NCBI RefSeq assembly: GCF_004010195.1
Contig: NC_057749.1
Location: 15,433,726 to 15,474,053, forward strand
Direction: 5' to 3'
Length of the DNA stretch: 40,328 nt
Source: Chiloscyllium plagiosum
Lineage: Eukaryota
Shown: positions 1 through 10,969 of the stretch, in pieces
Position numbering within the stretch: position 1 is the stretch's first letter
Layout: every line of letters starts with the position of its first letter
Notes under the pieces: model-generated
Seen by the model: only the letters and a program-made list of their open reading frames with translations
The model's database searches: none
Told to the model about the DNA's origin: nothing
Program-made: the position numbers and the translations under genes

Positions 1-400
1 GCTCTCTGAAATGCCTTAATTGAACCCGTCTCCACCTCATGTCCAGCTGGTGCATTCCAGATAACTCTGTGTGGAAAAAGTTATTTCTCATCTGGTATTT
101 CTTTCTTTTGTAAAACTTTTTAAATCTGTACCCTTTGGTTCTTGATCCTCTTATGGGCTACAACATTTTCTGCCTATTTACTCTATCCAGACCGCTCATG
201 ATTTTGAAAGCTTCTGTCAAATCTCTCCATACCCCTTTCACCTCCAACGAAAACATTCCCAACTCTCTAATTTATCCTCACAACTGAGATTTCCCATCGT
301 TGGAACCATTCTGGTAAAATGTTTCTGCATTCTCTCCAATGTGTTCACAATCTTCCTTAGTGTCATCCAGAATCTGAGGTCTAACTTGTACATTTCTGAT
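1..400 (-). mobile_element. Degenerate CR1 LINE 3' fragment
   Basis: Similar to the CR1 3' ends at 26385-26698 and 34940-35500. Confidence 0.65.
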
Positions 401-505
401 AATTTTAAGCTTTGGGTTTGAGTGTCAGGCTTGGAGACTTTGTTTTTGCACCTGCTCCAGTGCTTGTTTCACGATAGTGGGTAAGTTAGTCAATTTTCAC
501 TTCAC

Positions 506-683
506 CTCTTGACTTGCAGCATGTATTCTTGCTCTCTGCTCCGACTGCACTAGCTTTTCTTCTGGTGGAATCATAATTGCTGCTTCATTTGAGCCATTTC
601 TGTATCTCCGCCCGAATCGCGATCTTTCGTTAGGGGTGTTGGGTGTGATAGCTCCTTCTGAACTTCTGCCAGTGTCACACAAC
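506..683 (-). CDS. Second coding exon of the same unidentified gene
   Basis: Acceptor ttctcctcattccag| at 684. CA+G gives Q, then LCDTGRSSEGAITPNTPNERSRFGRRYRNGSNEAAIMIPPEEKLVQSEQRARIHAASQE. Probable donor GAG|gtgaag at 505, so the gene likely continues left of the window. Confidence 0.7.
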
Positions 684-859
684 CTGGAATGAGGAGAACG
701 TCAAGTAAAATTACAAGATTACATTATTGTACAAGATTTTCCTGTCAAGACACAGTATTCTGTAAAATCATTGTTCACAACTGCATAGCCAAATTATGCC
801 CCACATCATTATTGGTTTTACTCTCTTAAAGGAAAGGTAAGGGTTATTAACCAAAACTA

Positions 860-1475
860 TCAATGTCCTGGGGGTTACCATTGACCAGAAACTCAACTGG
901 ACTTGCCACATAAAAATAACAGCTGCACAAGCAGGTAAGAGGCTAGGAATATTGCAGTGAGTAATTCACCTCCTGACTCCCCAAAGCCTGTCCACCGTCT
1001 ACAAGTCAGGAGTGTGATTGAATACTCCCCACTTGCCTGGATGGGTGTAGCTCCAACAACACTCAACATCCAGGACTAAGCAGCCTGTTTGATTGGTACT
1101 ATATCCACAAGCAACTAATCCCTCCAACACTGATACTCAGCAGCAGCAGTATGTACTATCTACAAGATGCACTACAGCAATTTAGCAGCATCTTCCAAAC
1201 CCATGACCACTTCTATCTGGAAGGACAAGGGCAGGAGATACATGGGAATACCACCTCTGAGCCACTCACCATCCTGACTTAGAAATACATCGTCGTTCCT
1301 TCACTGTTGCTGGGTCAAAATCCTGGATTTCCCTCTCTAAGGGAGTTGTGGGGCAAACATAGACTGCAGCAGTTCGAAAAGGCAACTCAGCATTACCTTC
1401 TCACAGGGTAACTAGGGATGAGCAATAAATGTTGACCCAGCCATGGTTGCGCAAGTGCCATGAGTGAATAAAAAA
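860..1475 (+). mobile_element. LINE 3' fragment (CR1/L2 group)
   Basis: Remnant LTPQSLSTVYK..RSVIEYSPLAW RT C-terminus; tail ..GAATAAAAAA shared with many copies in the window. Confidence 0.75.
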
Positions 1476-1750
1476 TCTTAAATTCACAGGCTCAGAAGCA
1501 CTTAACTGCTAAGGCATTATCCTGAGATAGAATCACTGCTGTAACATGGGAAACACGGGTGTAATTGGCACACAGCATGCTCCTGTAGCGCTGCTATAAA
1601 TATTTGAGATGATGGTAAGAGCTCTCTTTCTGTTTTTGAAACAATACCTTAGGATCTTTTGCATCCACTTGAGTGAGCTTATTGCACAACAGTACAATGG
1701 CATGTAGGCCCAGAGTATACAAGATAAAACACACAACGACGACTAGAAAA

Positions 1751-1795
1751 TCCAGTCCAATCCAGTCCAGTCCAGTCTAGTCTAGTCCAGTCCAG
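1751..1795. repeat. (TCCAG)n pentanucleotide microsatellite
   Basis: Nine imperfect units. Confidence 0.9.
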
Positions 1796-2169
1796 CTGCT
1801 TATTCAGAAAACAGAGAGAACTCACCAGCTCATTATATCAAACCATGGTATCTTGAACACTGGACATAAAAACGGAATTCAAATATTCCTCTGGCAATGA
1901 AGCTTTCCCCCAACAATGCACTTAATCTCGATTATGCACTGAAAACTGTACTGAGGAACCTTACCATACAACCTTCTGTCTCATACGTGAGAATTGGGTC
2001 TACTTGGCATTCAAATAATTAATTAAGTAGCACCAGATCACCAAGATATTGCTTTTTTTAAAAAGATTTTTAAAATAATTTTTAAAAAGTATCTCTTGTA
2101 ATTATAATTAATGATTTGTAATCACAAGTCGTCACTGAGAGATTTGAATGACTGGTGTACCTTTTTGCG

Positions 2170-2408
2170 TCAAAAGGTTGGTGATTATACCTCACTCAAA
2201 TAATTCAAATGTAAAATCTCAGTTGATATTGGAATGCAGTAACAGGGAAGTGCTGCTCTGTCAGAGATGCCACTTTATTGGTACGACATTAAATACCTGT
2301 TGAGGCTCATTTGCTGTCTGAGGTGGATGTAAAATATCTAACACTACTATTTCAAAAAGGGCAAGGGAATAGTCCTGGTCATTATTTATTACGCACTCAA
2401 CCAACAAT
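2170..2408 (+). mobile_element. Deu-domain SINE fragment (SacSINE1/AmnSINE1-like)
   Basis: GTGCTGC..TGTCAGAG..AGGTGGATGTAAAA..ACTATTTCAAAAA..CTCAACCAACA resembles the Deu core as recalled. Confidence 0.6.
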
Positions 2409-2409
2409 A

Positions 2410-3062
2410 GTGTAGGTTCACGCCCCACACAAAGGTTATCATAAAGGACTCTCCTTCTCAACCTCTCCCGCTTGCCTGAGGAGCGCCAGCCAAGATAAAC
2501 AACACTGTGACCATCAGAGCCAGGGGTTCATGACAAATCGCTCCCTTCAATGTAAGCAAATGATTGTCCACGATCTCCACCCTGGCAAACTCACAGCTTC
2601 TCGGACAGAAATTAGGGAAAAACTCGCAAAAAAAAAGCATCCAAAATAATTGCAGATATCATGCCTGATTTTTTGGTGTCAGGAAACAATTTGGTGGCGG
2701 TAAAACAACAGTTTTTGCCATGGTCCACAATTCCTTAGATTACATGAAGAAGAGTGAACCTAAACACAGGCTGGCAAAGCATGGTCTGATGGAGAGAAAG
2801 GTTTCTAGGAAGCAACAAAAGGAACATAAGCACAGAATGAGGAAAGTTCAGGGCATAACTACAGCTAGTACTCGCACTGGGCAAAATAATATAGGGAAAA
2901 AAAATTGAAAGCTCCTTGAAATTCTAATTTATCCATGGATCACCAACTGTAATTATTTGTCCCCTAAATAAATTAGACATGCTAAAAAAAAACACCACCG
3001 GGATCTCTCTCTTATGAGAGAGCAACCCTAAATATGGTAAGAATATGGTATCTGTTACCTTA
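2410..3062 (+). mobile_element. Short SINE-like element split by the RPS24 retrocopy
   Basis: The flanks 2410-2480 and 2993-3062 join to match the uninterrupted copy at about 25765-25915. Confidence 0.7.
2481..2992 (+). pseudogene. RPS24: Processed pseudogene of 40S ribosomal protein S24
   Basis: Intronless match to eS24 ([49 protein letters not shown]). Start is ATA at 2495, frameshifts are present, AATAAA at 2967-2972 and an A9 tail at 2984-2992. Confidence 0.93.
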
Positions 3063-3287
3063 AACAGCATAAATGCAAAGCAGCAACATTTAATATAAAC
3101 AAATACATACAGAAACACTACCAGTTTTTAAGGAAAAACTCAGCAATGAACCGAATATATTTCATTGCTGAACAAATATTCTGAAAAGTACAAGAAGAAA
3201 TAAAATTAAAGGAGGAATTACATTGGCTTTAAATAGGCAAGCTGCCACAAGATTTAAATAAAAAATCAGATGTTAACTCCAACTCAC

Positions 3288-3376
3288 TGTGTTTCCTCTC
3301 CTGCTGAAAATATTCTTGAAGAATCTTCACTGTCTAAATCCTCTTCTGGGTCTTGATCTGACAGAGTACTATTCAT
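3288..3376 (-). CDS. First coding exon of an unidentified gene (MNSTLSDQDPEEDLDSEDSSRIFSAGEET)
   Basis: ATG at 3376, donor CA|gtgagt at 3287 (phase 2). A possible acceptor ttttgtttacag| at 3459 would make 3288-3458 an internal UTR/CDS exon. Phase matches the next exon. Confidence 0.75.
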
Positions 3377-3534
3377 AATTTAAACAGAAAATGCCACACT
3401 CTCCTGAACTTATTGTTGTTTATACGTGATTCATTTTTATATTAAATGTCAGGCTGAGCTGTAAACAAAAGATATTTGCAGAAAATCACACTAAAACACT
3501 TCAACAACAATCCATTCAGGCTTCATTTGTGCAG

Positions 3535-3715
3535 AGCAACGCGCTAGGCCCCGGTTTCCAAGCAACCGGCAAGATGCTGTCAATCATGGCAGGAAACCGG
3601 CCAATCAGAGCAAAGAGGGGCGGGGACTCTCCTCACAACCAGCCAATCAGCGCAGGGAGAGGGTGGGATTTACCTGCCTCCAGGTAAGACCCAGTGAAAA
3701 CCATTACCTCAGGTG
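3535..3715. promoter_or_regulatory. TATA-less promoter: RFX X-box, two CCAAT boxes, GC box
   Basis: GTTTCCAAGCAAC 3554-3566 (X-box consensus), CCAATCAG at 3601 and 3643, GGGGCGGGG 3617-3625, local GC/CpG rise, about 180-270 bp upstream of the ATG at 3376. Confidence 0.75.
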
Positions 3716-3794
3716 GGTTTGGAAGGACAGTGGCAGGTGGAGACCACAACCTTTCAGGGAACGAAAACATCTAAAATACGAGGATAGTAGAATG

Positions 3795-4103
3795 TTATTA
3801 GATCCCCTACAGTGTGGAAACAGGCCCTTCGGCCCAACCAGTCCACACTGACCCTCCGAAGAGTAACCCACCCAGACCCATTTCCCTCTGACTAATGCAC
3901 CGAATACTACTGCAATTTAGCATGGCCAATTCACCTGACCTACACATCTTTAGACTGTGGGAGGAAACTGGAGCACCCGGAGAAAACCCACGCAGACACG
4001 GGGCGAATGTGCAAACTCCAAACAGTCAACCAAGGCTGGAATTGAATCTGGGAACCTGGTGCTGTGAGGTAGCAGTGCTAACCACTGAGCCACCGTGCCA
4101 CCC
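3795..4103 (-). mobile_element. HE1-type tRNA-derived SINE
   Basis: Reverse complement of the GGCACGGTGGCTCAGTGGTTAGCACTGCT head, V-domain and CR1-like tail. Confidence 0.9.
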
Positions 4104-4120
4104 CTCCTTGAGGTATTGAT

Positions 4121-4435
4121 GGGCGGCATGGTGGCACAGTGGTTAGCACTGCTGCCTCACAGCGCCGGAGACCCGGGTTCAATTCCCGCCTCAGGCGACT
4201 GACTGTGTGGAGTTTGCACGTTCTCCCCGTGTCTGCGTGGGTTTCCTCCGGGTGCTCCGGTTTCCTCCCACAGTCCAAAGATGTGCAGGTCAGGTGAATT
4301 GGCCATGCTAAATTGTCCGAAGAGTTAGGTAAGGGGTAAATGTAGGGATATGGGTGGGTTGCGCTTCGGCGGGTCGGTGTGGACTTGTTGGGCCGAAGGG
4401 CCTGTTTCCACACTGTAAGTAATCTAATAATCTAA
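4121..4435 (+). mobile_element. HE1-type tRNA-derived SINE (young, full length)
   Basis: A box TGGCACAGTGG, B box GGTTCAATTCC, CpGs retained, AATCT tail. Confidence 0.92.
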
Positions 4436-4449
4436 ACATGGCCCTCTTG

Positions 4450-5000
4450 TTTTTTTATTCATTCATGCGATGTTGGCATTGCTGGTGGGCCTGCATTTAT
4501 TGCCCGTACCTAATTGCCACTGCATAAGGTGGTGGCTTCTTGAATCACTACAGTCCTTGGATTAAAGGGGCTCCCACAGTGCCTGTAGGGAGGGAGTTCC
4601 AGGATTCTGAACCAGCAACAGGGAAGGAACGGCAATATAGTTTCAATGGTGAGTGGCTGGGAGGGGAACTTACAGGTGGTGGTGTTCCCAAATATCTGCT
4701 GCTCTGTCCTTTTAGGTCATAGTTGTCATGAGTTTGGAAGATTGCTTTGAGTTGCTGCAGTGCATCTTGTAGATGGTACAGACTGCTACCATTCTTTGTG
4801 CTGCAGGGGCTGTTTGTTGTAGATGATGAATTTAGTGCTAATCAAGGAGGCAGCTTTGTCTTGGATACTGTCAAGTTTCTTGAGTGTTGTTGGAGTTGTG
4901 CCCATCCAGGCAGCTGGGGAGTATTCCATTACACTCTTGACTTGTGTCTTTTAGGTTGTGTACAGGCTTTGGGGAGCCAGGAAGTGAGTTACCCACAGGA
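4450..5000 (-). mobile_element. LINE 3' fragment (same family as 860-1475)
   Basis: Reverse-complement similarity including the tail. Confidence 0.75.
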
Positions 5001-5189
5001 TTGCTAAGCCAAGGGTTCAGATACATGATTCTTTGAAATTTTTATCACAAGTAGACAGCATAGTTAAGAAGGCAGATGGGACTGGGTCAAGTTGGGATGT
5101 CTGGTCAGCAAGGACGAGTTGGATCAAGAAGTCTGTTTCCATGCTGTATGACTATAATTCTAATGGTGGTAAAGAACAAACTGGGTTAA

Positions 5190-5435
5190 TTCTGCTGAGT
5201 CATTACTTTTGGTCTGGAACTCCAAGTAGGCTCGATCAAGTAAGGATGACAGGTTTCCTTCTCTACAGGGCATTGGAAAACCCAATGAGTGTTTGCAACA
5301 ATCAGTGAAAGTTTCAAACACTTTCAATTCCAAATTTATTTTTAGTTAAGTGAATTTATTGAATTTAAACAGATAAGGTGCCATGGTAGAATTTGAATTT
5401 GTGTTTGGGGGCCTTTGGATTATTACCACCACCCC
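5190..5435 (-). mobile_element. tRNA-derived SINE fragment (family of 24245-24590)
   Basis: Shared GATCAAGTAAGGATG..TTCCTT..CAACAATCAG..GAATTT blocks. Confidence 0.55.
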
Positions 5436-6194
5436 ACTGTCCTTGAGGTATACTCACTGTCCAATGTCGTCAATGCAGCAGTCATATTGTACAGAGCAAG
5501 ATTCAACAAACAGCCAAAATGATAATGACCAGGACATTTATTTTTAGTGAGGGTTAAGCATTATTTTTCCCTGCAGAAACTTTTAAAATCTCTGTTCCTT
5601 GCACATATTTCCAATATATTACACAGAGGAGATTTACAAAAATAGTGATTGGCACTTCCCTCAGGGGAATGAGTGGTTTTGGGGTTTATGGTTCTTAATG
5701 GTCTCCATCACTGGAGGTTATCTCCACCTCATCTCTGGGTGTGTTGCAGACTTATTGATGGAGATTAATCACTGTGACTAGAAAACCACATCAATTATAT
5801 TTGTACTGTGTGACCACCAGGATGTAAGAAGGTGAATTTGATTGACAATGGTCTTTTATCTTTCAGAAATTCCACAATTTTATTATGAAAATCTAGTGCC
5901 TGACATTAGGGTCAGTCATATTGCAATTTACATGCAGTATCCTCCTGTGACCACATGAGGGTAGTATTGCTTCACAAATGAGAGAATACGGAGCGCTAAC
6001 TGTTCCTGAGAATCTTTTATAAATATTGCAGATCAGAAAATTGAACTGCATTCAAACTCAGACATTTTCCAGCAGGGCTTACAAGACAGACATTGCAAGA
6101 AACATTCTGGCTGATTGCCCCTCTGAACTGTAGCAAAGTGGCAAATGCATCATGACATGTTGGCCAGCTTGAAGGAATTGATCAGGGTCCCTTC

Positions 6195-6590
6195 ATTTAG
6201 AATCCCTACAGTGTGGAACTTGGCCATTTGACCCATTGAGTCAACACCAACTCTCGGAAGAGCATCCCACCTAGACCCACTCCCCTACCTATCCCTGTAG
6301 CCCTGCAATTACCATGTCTAATGCACCTAACTTGCAATCTTTGGAGTGTGGAAGGAAGCCAGAGCACCTGGGGAAAGCCCATACAGACACAAGGAGAACG
6401 TGGGTTGAAAGGTGTGGAGCTGGAAAAGCACAGCAGCATCTGAGGAGCAGAAGAGTCGACCATCAGCAATCCTCACTTTCTCCACGGGGAAAGTGTGCAA
6501 ACTCTGCAGAGACAGCTGCCTGAGGGTGGAATTAAACCCAGGACCCTGGCACTGTGAGGCAGCAGTGCTAACCACTGAGCCACTGTGGTG
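6195..6590 (-). mobile_element. HE1-type SINE with an internal Penelope-derived insert (about 6400-6485)
   Basis: The SINE body is interrupted by GCTGGAAAAGCACAGC..GCATCTGAGGAGCAG..GTCGAC, which matches the reverse complement of 27285-27345. Confidence 0.75.
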
Positions 6591-7048
6591 CTTCCACTTA
6601 CTACCCTCTCCAGTAATCCCCATCCTAGGGGCTGATTTATCCTGCCCAGCCCTGCTAGCCTATCTTGGATCATTCCCTCCATCACCAAGGCGTGTACCAG
6701 CTACAGCCGCTGTGAATTGTGCAGTGAGTAACTCACCTCCTGACTCCCCAAAACCTTTCCACCAAGCACAAAGCACAAGTCGGGAGTGGGATCAAATACA
6801 CCTGGGTGACTGCAGCATCAACAACACTCAAGAAACTCGCTAAGACGTCCTGTTTGATTGATACCTCATGCACCACCTTCAACATTCACTTCATTTATTA
6901 CTGATGCACAGTGGCAGCAATGTGTCTGCAGCAACTCATCAAGGCTTCTCCTACAACACCTTTCAAACCTGCCTCCTCTACCATTAAGTAGGACAAAGGC
7001 AGCAGGTGGATAGGAAGACCGTGAGCTAGCAGGTACAGAGAATTGTAC

Positions 7049-7305
7049 GTCTTGGTTTCTTAAGGTGGGTGATATCATTTCCTGTTCTTTTTCTCAGAGG
7101 ATGGTAGATGGAAATGATATCACCCACCTTAAGAAACCAAGACACATGAACAGAAAGCGGGACATAACACCAGTGCTTCACCTAAGGCTCACTGAAGATG
7201 TTACCTAGTACGGTGGTGAAACGTCTGAAAATGAACCTCCCAGCTCAGCAAGCAAGCTTACATCCAGAACCCCAACCTGAGCTACAAATCTTCTGAAAAA
7301 TCGCA
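7049..7305 (+). mobile_element. Penelope-like element terminus with 34-bp inverted repeat and hammerhead-like motif
   Basis: Perfect inverted repeat 7049-7082/7110-7143; CTGAAGA..GAAACGTC at 7192-7225. Confidence 0.6.
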
Positions 7306-7429
7306 AGCACTGTGGGTGGGCCTACACTACACGGACTGCAGTGATTCAAGAAAGCAGCTCACCAACACATTCTCTGGGGATTGGACAACAACTGTGGGCC
7401 CAGCCAGCAAGACCACAACCCACAAAACA

Positions 7430-7780
7430 AATGGTACAAACCACACCGCCCTGTGGCCCAACATTTCAACTCCCCCTCCCACTCTGCCGAGAACATGGAG
7501 GTCCTGGGCCTCCTTCACCGCCGCTCCCTCACCACCAGACGCCTGGAGGAAGAACGCCTCATCTTCGTCCTTGGAACACTTCAACCCCAGGGCATCAATG
7601 TGGACTTCAACAGTTTCCTCATTTCCCCTTCCCCCACCTCACCCTAGTTCCAAACTTCCAGCTCAGCACTGTCCCCATGACTTGTCCGGACTTGTCCTAC
7701 CTGCCTATCTCCTTTTCCAGCTTTTCCAGCACCACTCTAATCCAGAATCTGGTTTCCAGCATCTGCAGTCATTGTTTTTA
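7430..7780 (+). mobile_element. Penelope-like element 3' fragment (GIY-YIG C-terminus)
   Basis: VAQHFNSPSHS..LEEERLIFVLGTLQPQGINVDF is typical of PLE ORF ends. Confidence 0.85.
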
Positions 7781-8472
7781 TCTCAATGGTATAAAGTGTT
7801 GAGAGAGCTTTAATTTACATCTGACTGTGCTGTGCGTGATTTCTTTGCCCAAAATGAACAAAATGTGGCAGTCTTCCAAATCTTCATTGCTCACATTGGT
7901 AAGGACATAAATAAAAAAAAGTTGCTGGAAAAACACAGCAGGTCTGGCACTATCTTGGAGAGAAAGCAGAGTTAACATTTCAGGTCCATTACCCTTCTTC
8001 AGAACAAAAGAAAAGCATTGTTGGGAGTAGCAGAATTTACGGATCACGGTTATCCAGAGTATAAAGGCAGCACTGAAACTGTTGCCATGGCTGCTTTGCC
8101 TTAACACATTGAGAGCTCAGAACAATCTTTTCTGCTTGGATATTTTATGAAAAGATTTTACAGAATTTATAAAGAATACTTATACCGTGGAATTACCATC
8201 CATATTGGCAATGTCACTGTCTGAAATTTGATTCAATAGCTGAAAGTGGATCAAGGGAAGTCACACAACCTCAAAGTATTATATATCTCCTCCTCTTCTG
8301 TTGCTCATATTTCAAGTATTGGTCATTGATAAAGAGTGGGACTGTTCAGGATTCTCAGTGAATCTGATTAGCACAGAAATGGTTTCATATTCTGCCATTA
8401 ACACCTGAGCCAAATTCCTTCTCTGTAACATTTGCCCTAAAATGAAACAAAGTTCAGTGGATGCTAAAATGA

Positions 8473-8643
8473 AACAAAAACAGAAATTGCTGGAGAAACT
8501 CAGCAGGTCTGGCAGTATCTATGGAGAGAAAGCAAAGTTAATGTTTCAAGTCCAGTGAAGGTGCACCAAAGCATTAACTCTGTTTCTCTCTCCACAGATA
8601 CTGCCAGACCTGTTGGGTTTCTTCAACAATTTCTGGTTTTGTT
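8473..8643. repeat. Foldback of two inverted Penelope-derived terminal units
   Basis: About 75-bp imperfect inverted arms; single copies at about 7915-8005, 9130-9225, 15741-15860, 19480-19550. Confidence 0.75.
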
Positions 8644-8762
8644 ATGTCATTCCTTTGTCTTTTATTCTATGGCATCCAGGATCTCTTATCTCCCTCAGTT
8701 TCTAACCTTCCCCGACTTTCTCTTTTGTTCATTTTCTCTCCCTCACCCTTTGCTGCAGTATA

Positions 8763-9100
8763 TGGCAGCACAGTGGCTAGCACTTCTGCCTCACAGTACC
8801 AGGATCCTGGGTTCGATTCCAGCCTCGGGTGACTGTCTGTGTGGAGCTTGCACATTCTCCCCGTGTCTGTGTGGGTTTCCTCCGGGTGCTCCGGTTTCCT
8901 CCCACAGTCTAAAGACGTGCAAGTGGACTGGGCAAGCTTAAATTGCACATAGTGTCCAGGGATGTGCAGGTTAGGTGGATTAGCCATGGGAAATGCAGGG
9001 TTGCGGGCGGGGGGGGAGGTATCTGGACGGGATGCTCTTTGGAACATTAGTGTGGACTCGATGGGCTGAATGGCCTGCTTCAATACTGGAGGGATTCTGT
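8763..9100 (+). mobile_element. HE1-type SINE
   Basis: tRNA head with B box GGTTCGATTCC and V-domain. Confidence 0.88.
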
Positions 9101-9499
9101 GAAATCCATCACTTCTCTCTCTCTCCATTTCTAAAGAAAAGTTATGTTGAACTTGAAACCTCAAGCCTATTTCTCTCTCCATAGGAGCGGCCGAACCTAC
9201 TCTGTTTCTCCAGCACTTTTTGTTTTTATGATATAAACAGGGAACCAATCAGTGCCTCTCGATCACTGCAGACCCTGGGCCTTCGTAAGCCTCAATGACC
9301 ATGCAGGTAAATACCAAGGGTAAACTCTTTCAACAAACTCTGAATAAACCTGAGAGGAATCAGCCATGAGCTGAGCTCAGAATGTGCTCTTTTCAATCAG
9401 TTAGACCAACCAACTTTACAAGGGTCAGACTAGAGTGAACATGGCTCTAGAATACATTGTCCTCTCATTCTGATCAACTATGTAACTGCAGGGTCCAAA

Positions 9500-9820
9500 T
9501 TCACCACAGCTCCTCAGACAGCGCCTTCCAAACCCACATCAGAAAGGACAAGAGCAGCAGATACATGGGAACACCACCCCCTCCAAGTTCCCCTCCAAGC
9601 CGCTCACCATCCTGTCTTGGAAATATATCGCCGTTCCTTCAGTGTCACTGGGTCAAAGTCTTGGCATTTCCTCCCTCAGGGCATTGTGGGTCCACTTGCA
9701 GCGCATGGACTGTTGCAGTTCAAGAAGGCAGCTCATCCCACCTTCCCAAGGGGCAACTAGGGATGGGCAGGATATGTTGGTCCAGCCAGCAACATCCGTG
9801 TCCATGAATGAATTAAAAAA
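9500..9820 (+). mobile_element. LINE 3' fragment (family of 860-1475)
   Basis: Shared 3'UTR and tail. Confidence 0.75.
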
Positions 9821-10969
9821 GCAAGTGAGAGAGGAGACCAATTCGTGACCCGGAATGATTTGGAAAAATGTGTTTCAATAAACACTTCAGACGTGAAAAC
9901 GTTAACAAGAAACCCACTGAATAATGTTTGGGTTGGGTAGCACAAAAGGTGAAGGCTTTTTGTTAAAAGAGGAAGTTTCAGCCTTGTTCTATCATGGATT
10001 TGAGGAACTAATTGAACTTTGTGCTGACGGTAATAACATGTCTGGTAGTTAATTGTCTTGAAGATGGTATTTTGTTGATGGCCTATTACTGCGCTCTTGA
10101 GTTGTCCAGAAATTATAACTTATTAACATTAGTGGAAGCATTTGATGCATTAATTAAAAATATGTTCTTTTTCCCTACTTTTTCCACAGGCAAATCCCCA
10201 GCCTGTGGAATAATTGGCCTACTGAGGACTGAACCAACATATTTTGTAGTTTATTTTGTATGTCACAGTTTGCAAAAAAATCACAGAATGTTTTCTATTT
10301 TACTTTTACTTTTCTTCAACTTTATGATTAAACTTGTTTACATTGTGAGACAGAGCGCTCCTTTATAACACTTAAATCAATCCTACTCTTTATTAAATTA
10401 GATCTGGTGCTTTCTGTCACCTTCATTACTTCACCTTGGTGACCAAGACTTTCAGCAGGATGGTGGTGATTTTATAGAATGGTTAGAGTTTAGGAGGAGG
10501 CCATTCAGCCCATTTTACCAACAGGTTCAAGAACAGCTTCTTCCCACTGTTATTTGCTGAGTGGGTCTCTCCAATTTCAAATCTAATGTTGCTTTTGTGC
10601 CCCTCCTGTGCAGCCATAACCCTGTATGCCTCACTCTGTCTAAACACCTGATAATCTGCATGTCCTTGTATGTTGTGATTTGCTTGTACTGTCCGCAAAA
10701 CTAAACTTTTCACTGTTCTTAGGTACATGTGACAACAATTAATCAATCAAATGGTATCTCTGATGGCCGTCTATGAGATTGAGTCAGTTAGTTTCACTCT
10801 TCCCCTCCTTTTGCCTGGAGACTTTATTTCTTTCCTATTGGTTAGCCAATTCACTTTTGAAAGCCTCAGTGGAACTATACAGGCATCACATTCCTGATCC
10901 CAGTCACTTTATGCAAGAAAAGGTTTCTCCTTGTATCATTGCTTTTTTTGACAATTACCTTATATCTGT

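Noticed and set aside
2449..2470. Pyrimidine tract resembling a 5' TOP of the RPS24 retrocopy
   Set aside because: It matches the SINE body seen again at about 25795-25825.
4121..4195. tRNA-like sequence with A and B boxes
   Set aside because: SINE head followed by V-domain and LINE tail, not a tRNA gene.
8310..8436. Minus-strand terminal-exon candidate (QMLQRRNLAQVLMAEYET...)
   Set aside because: Its acceptor is part of a 15-bp duplication tied to the adjacent repeat, with no partner exon or homology.
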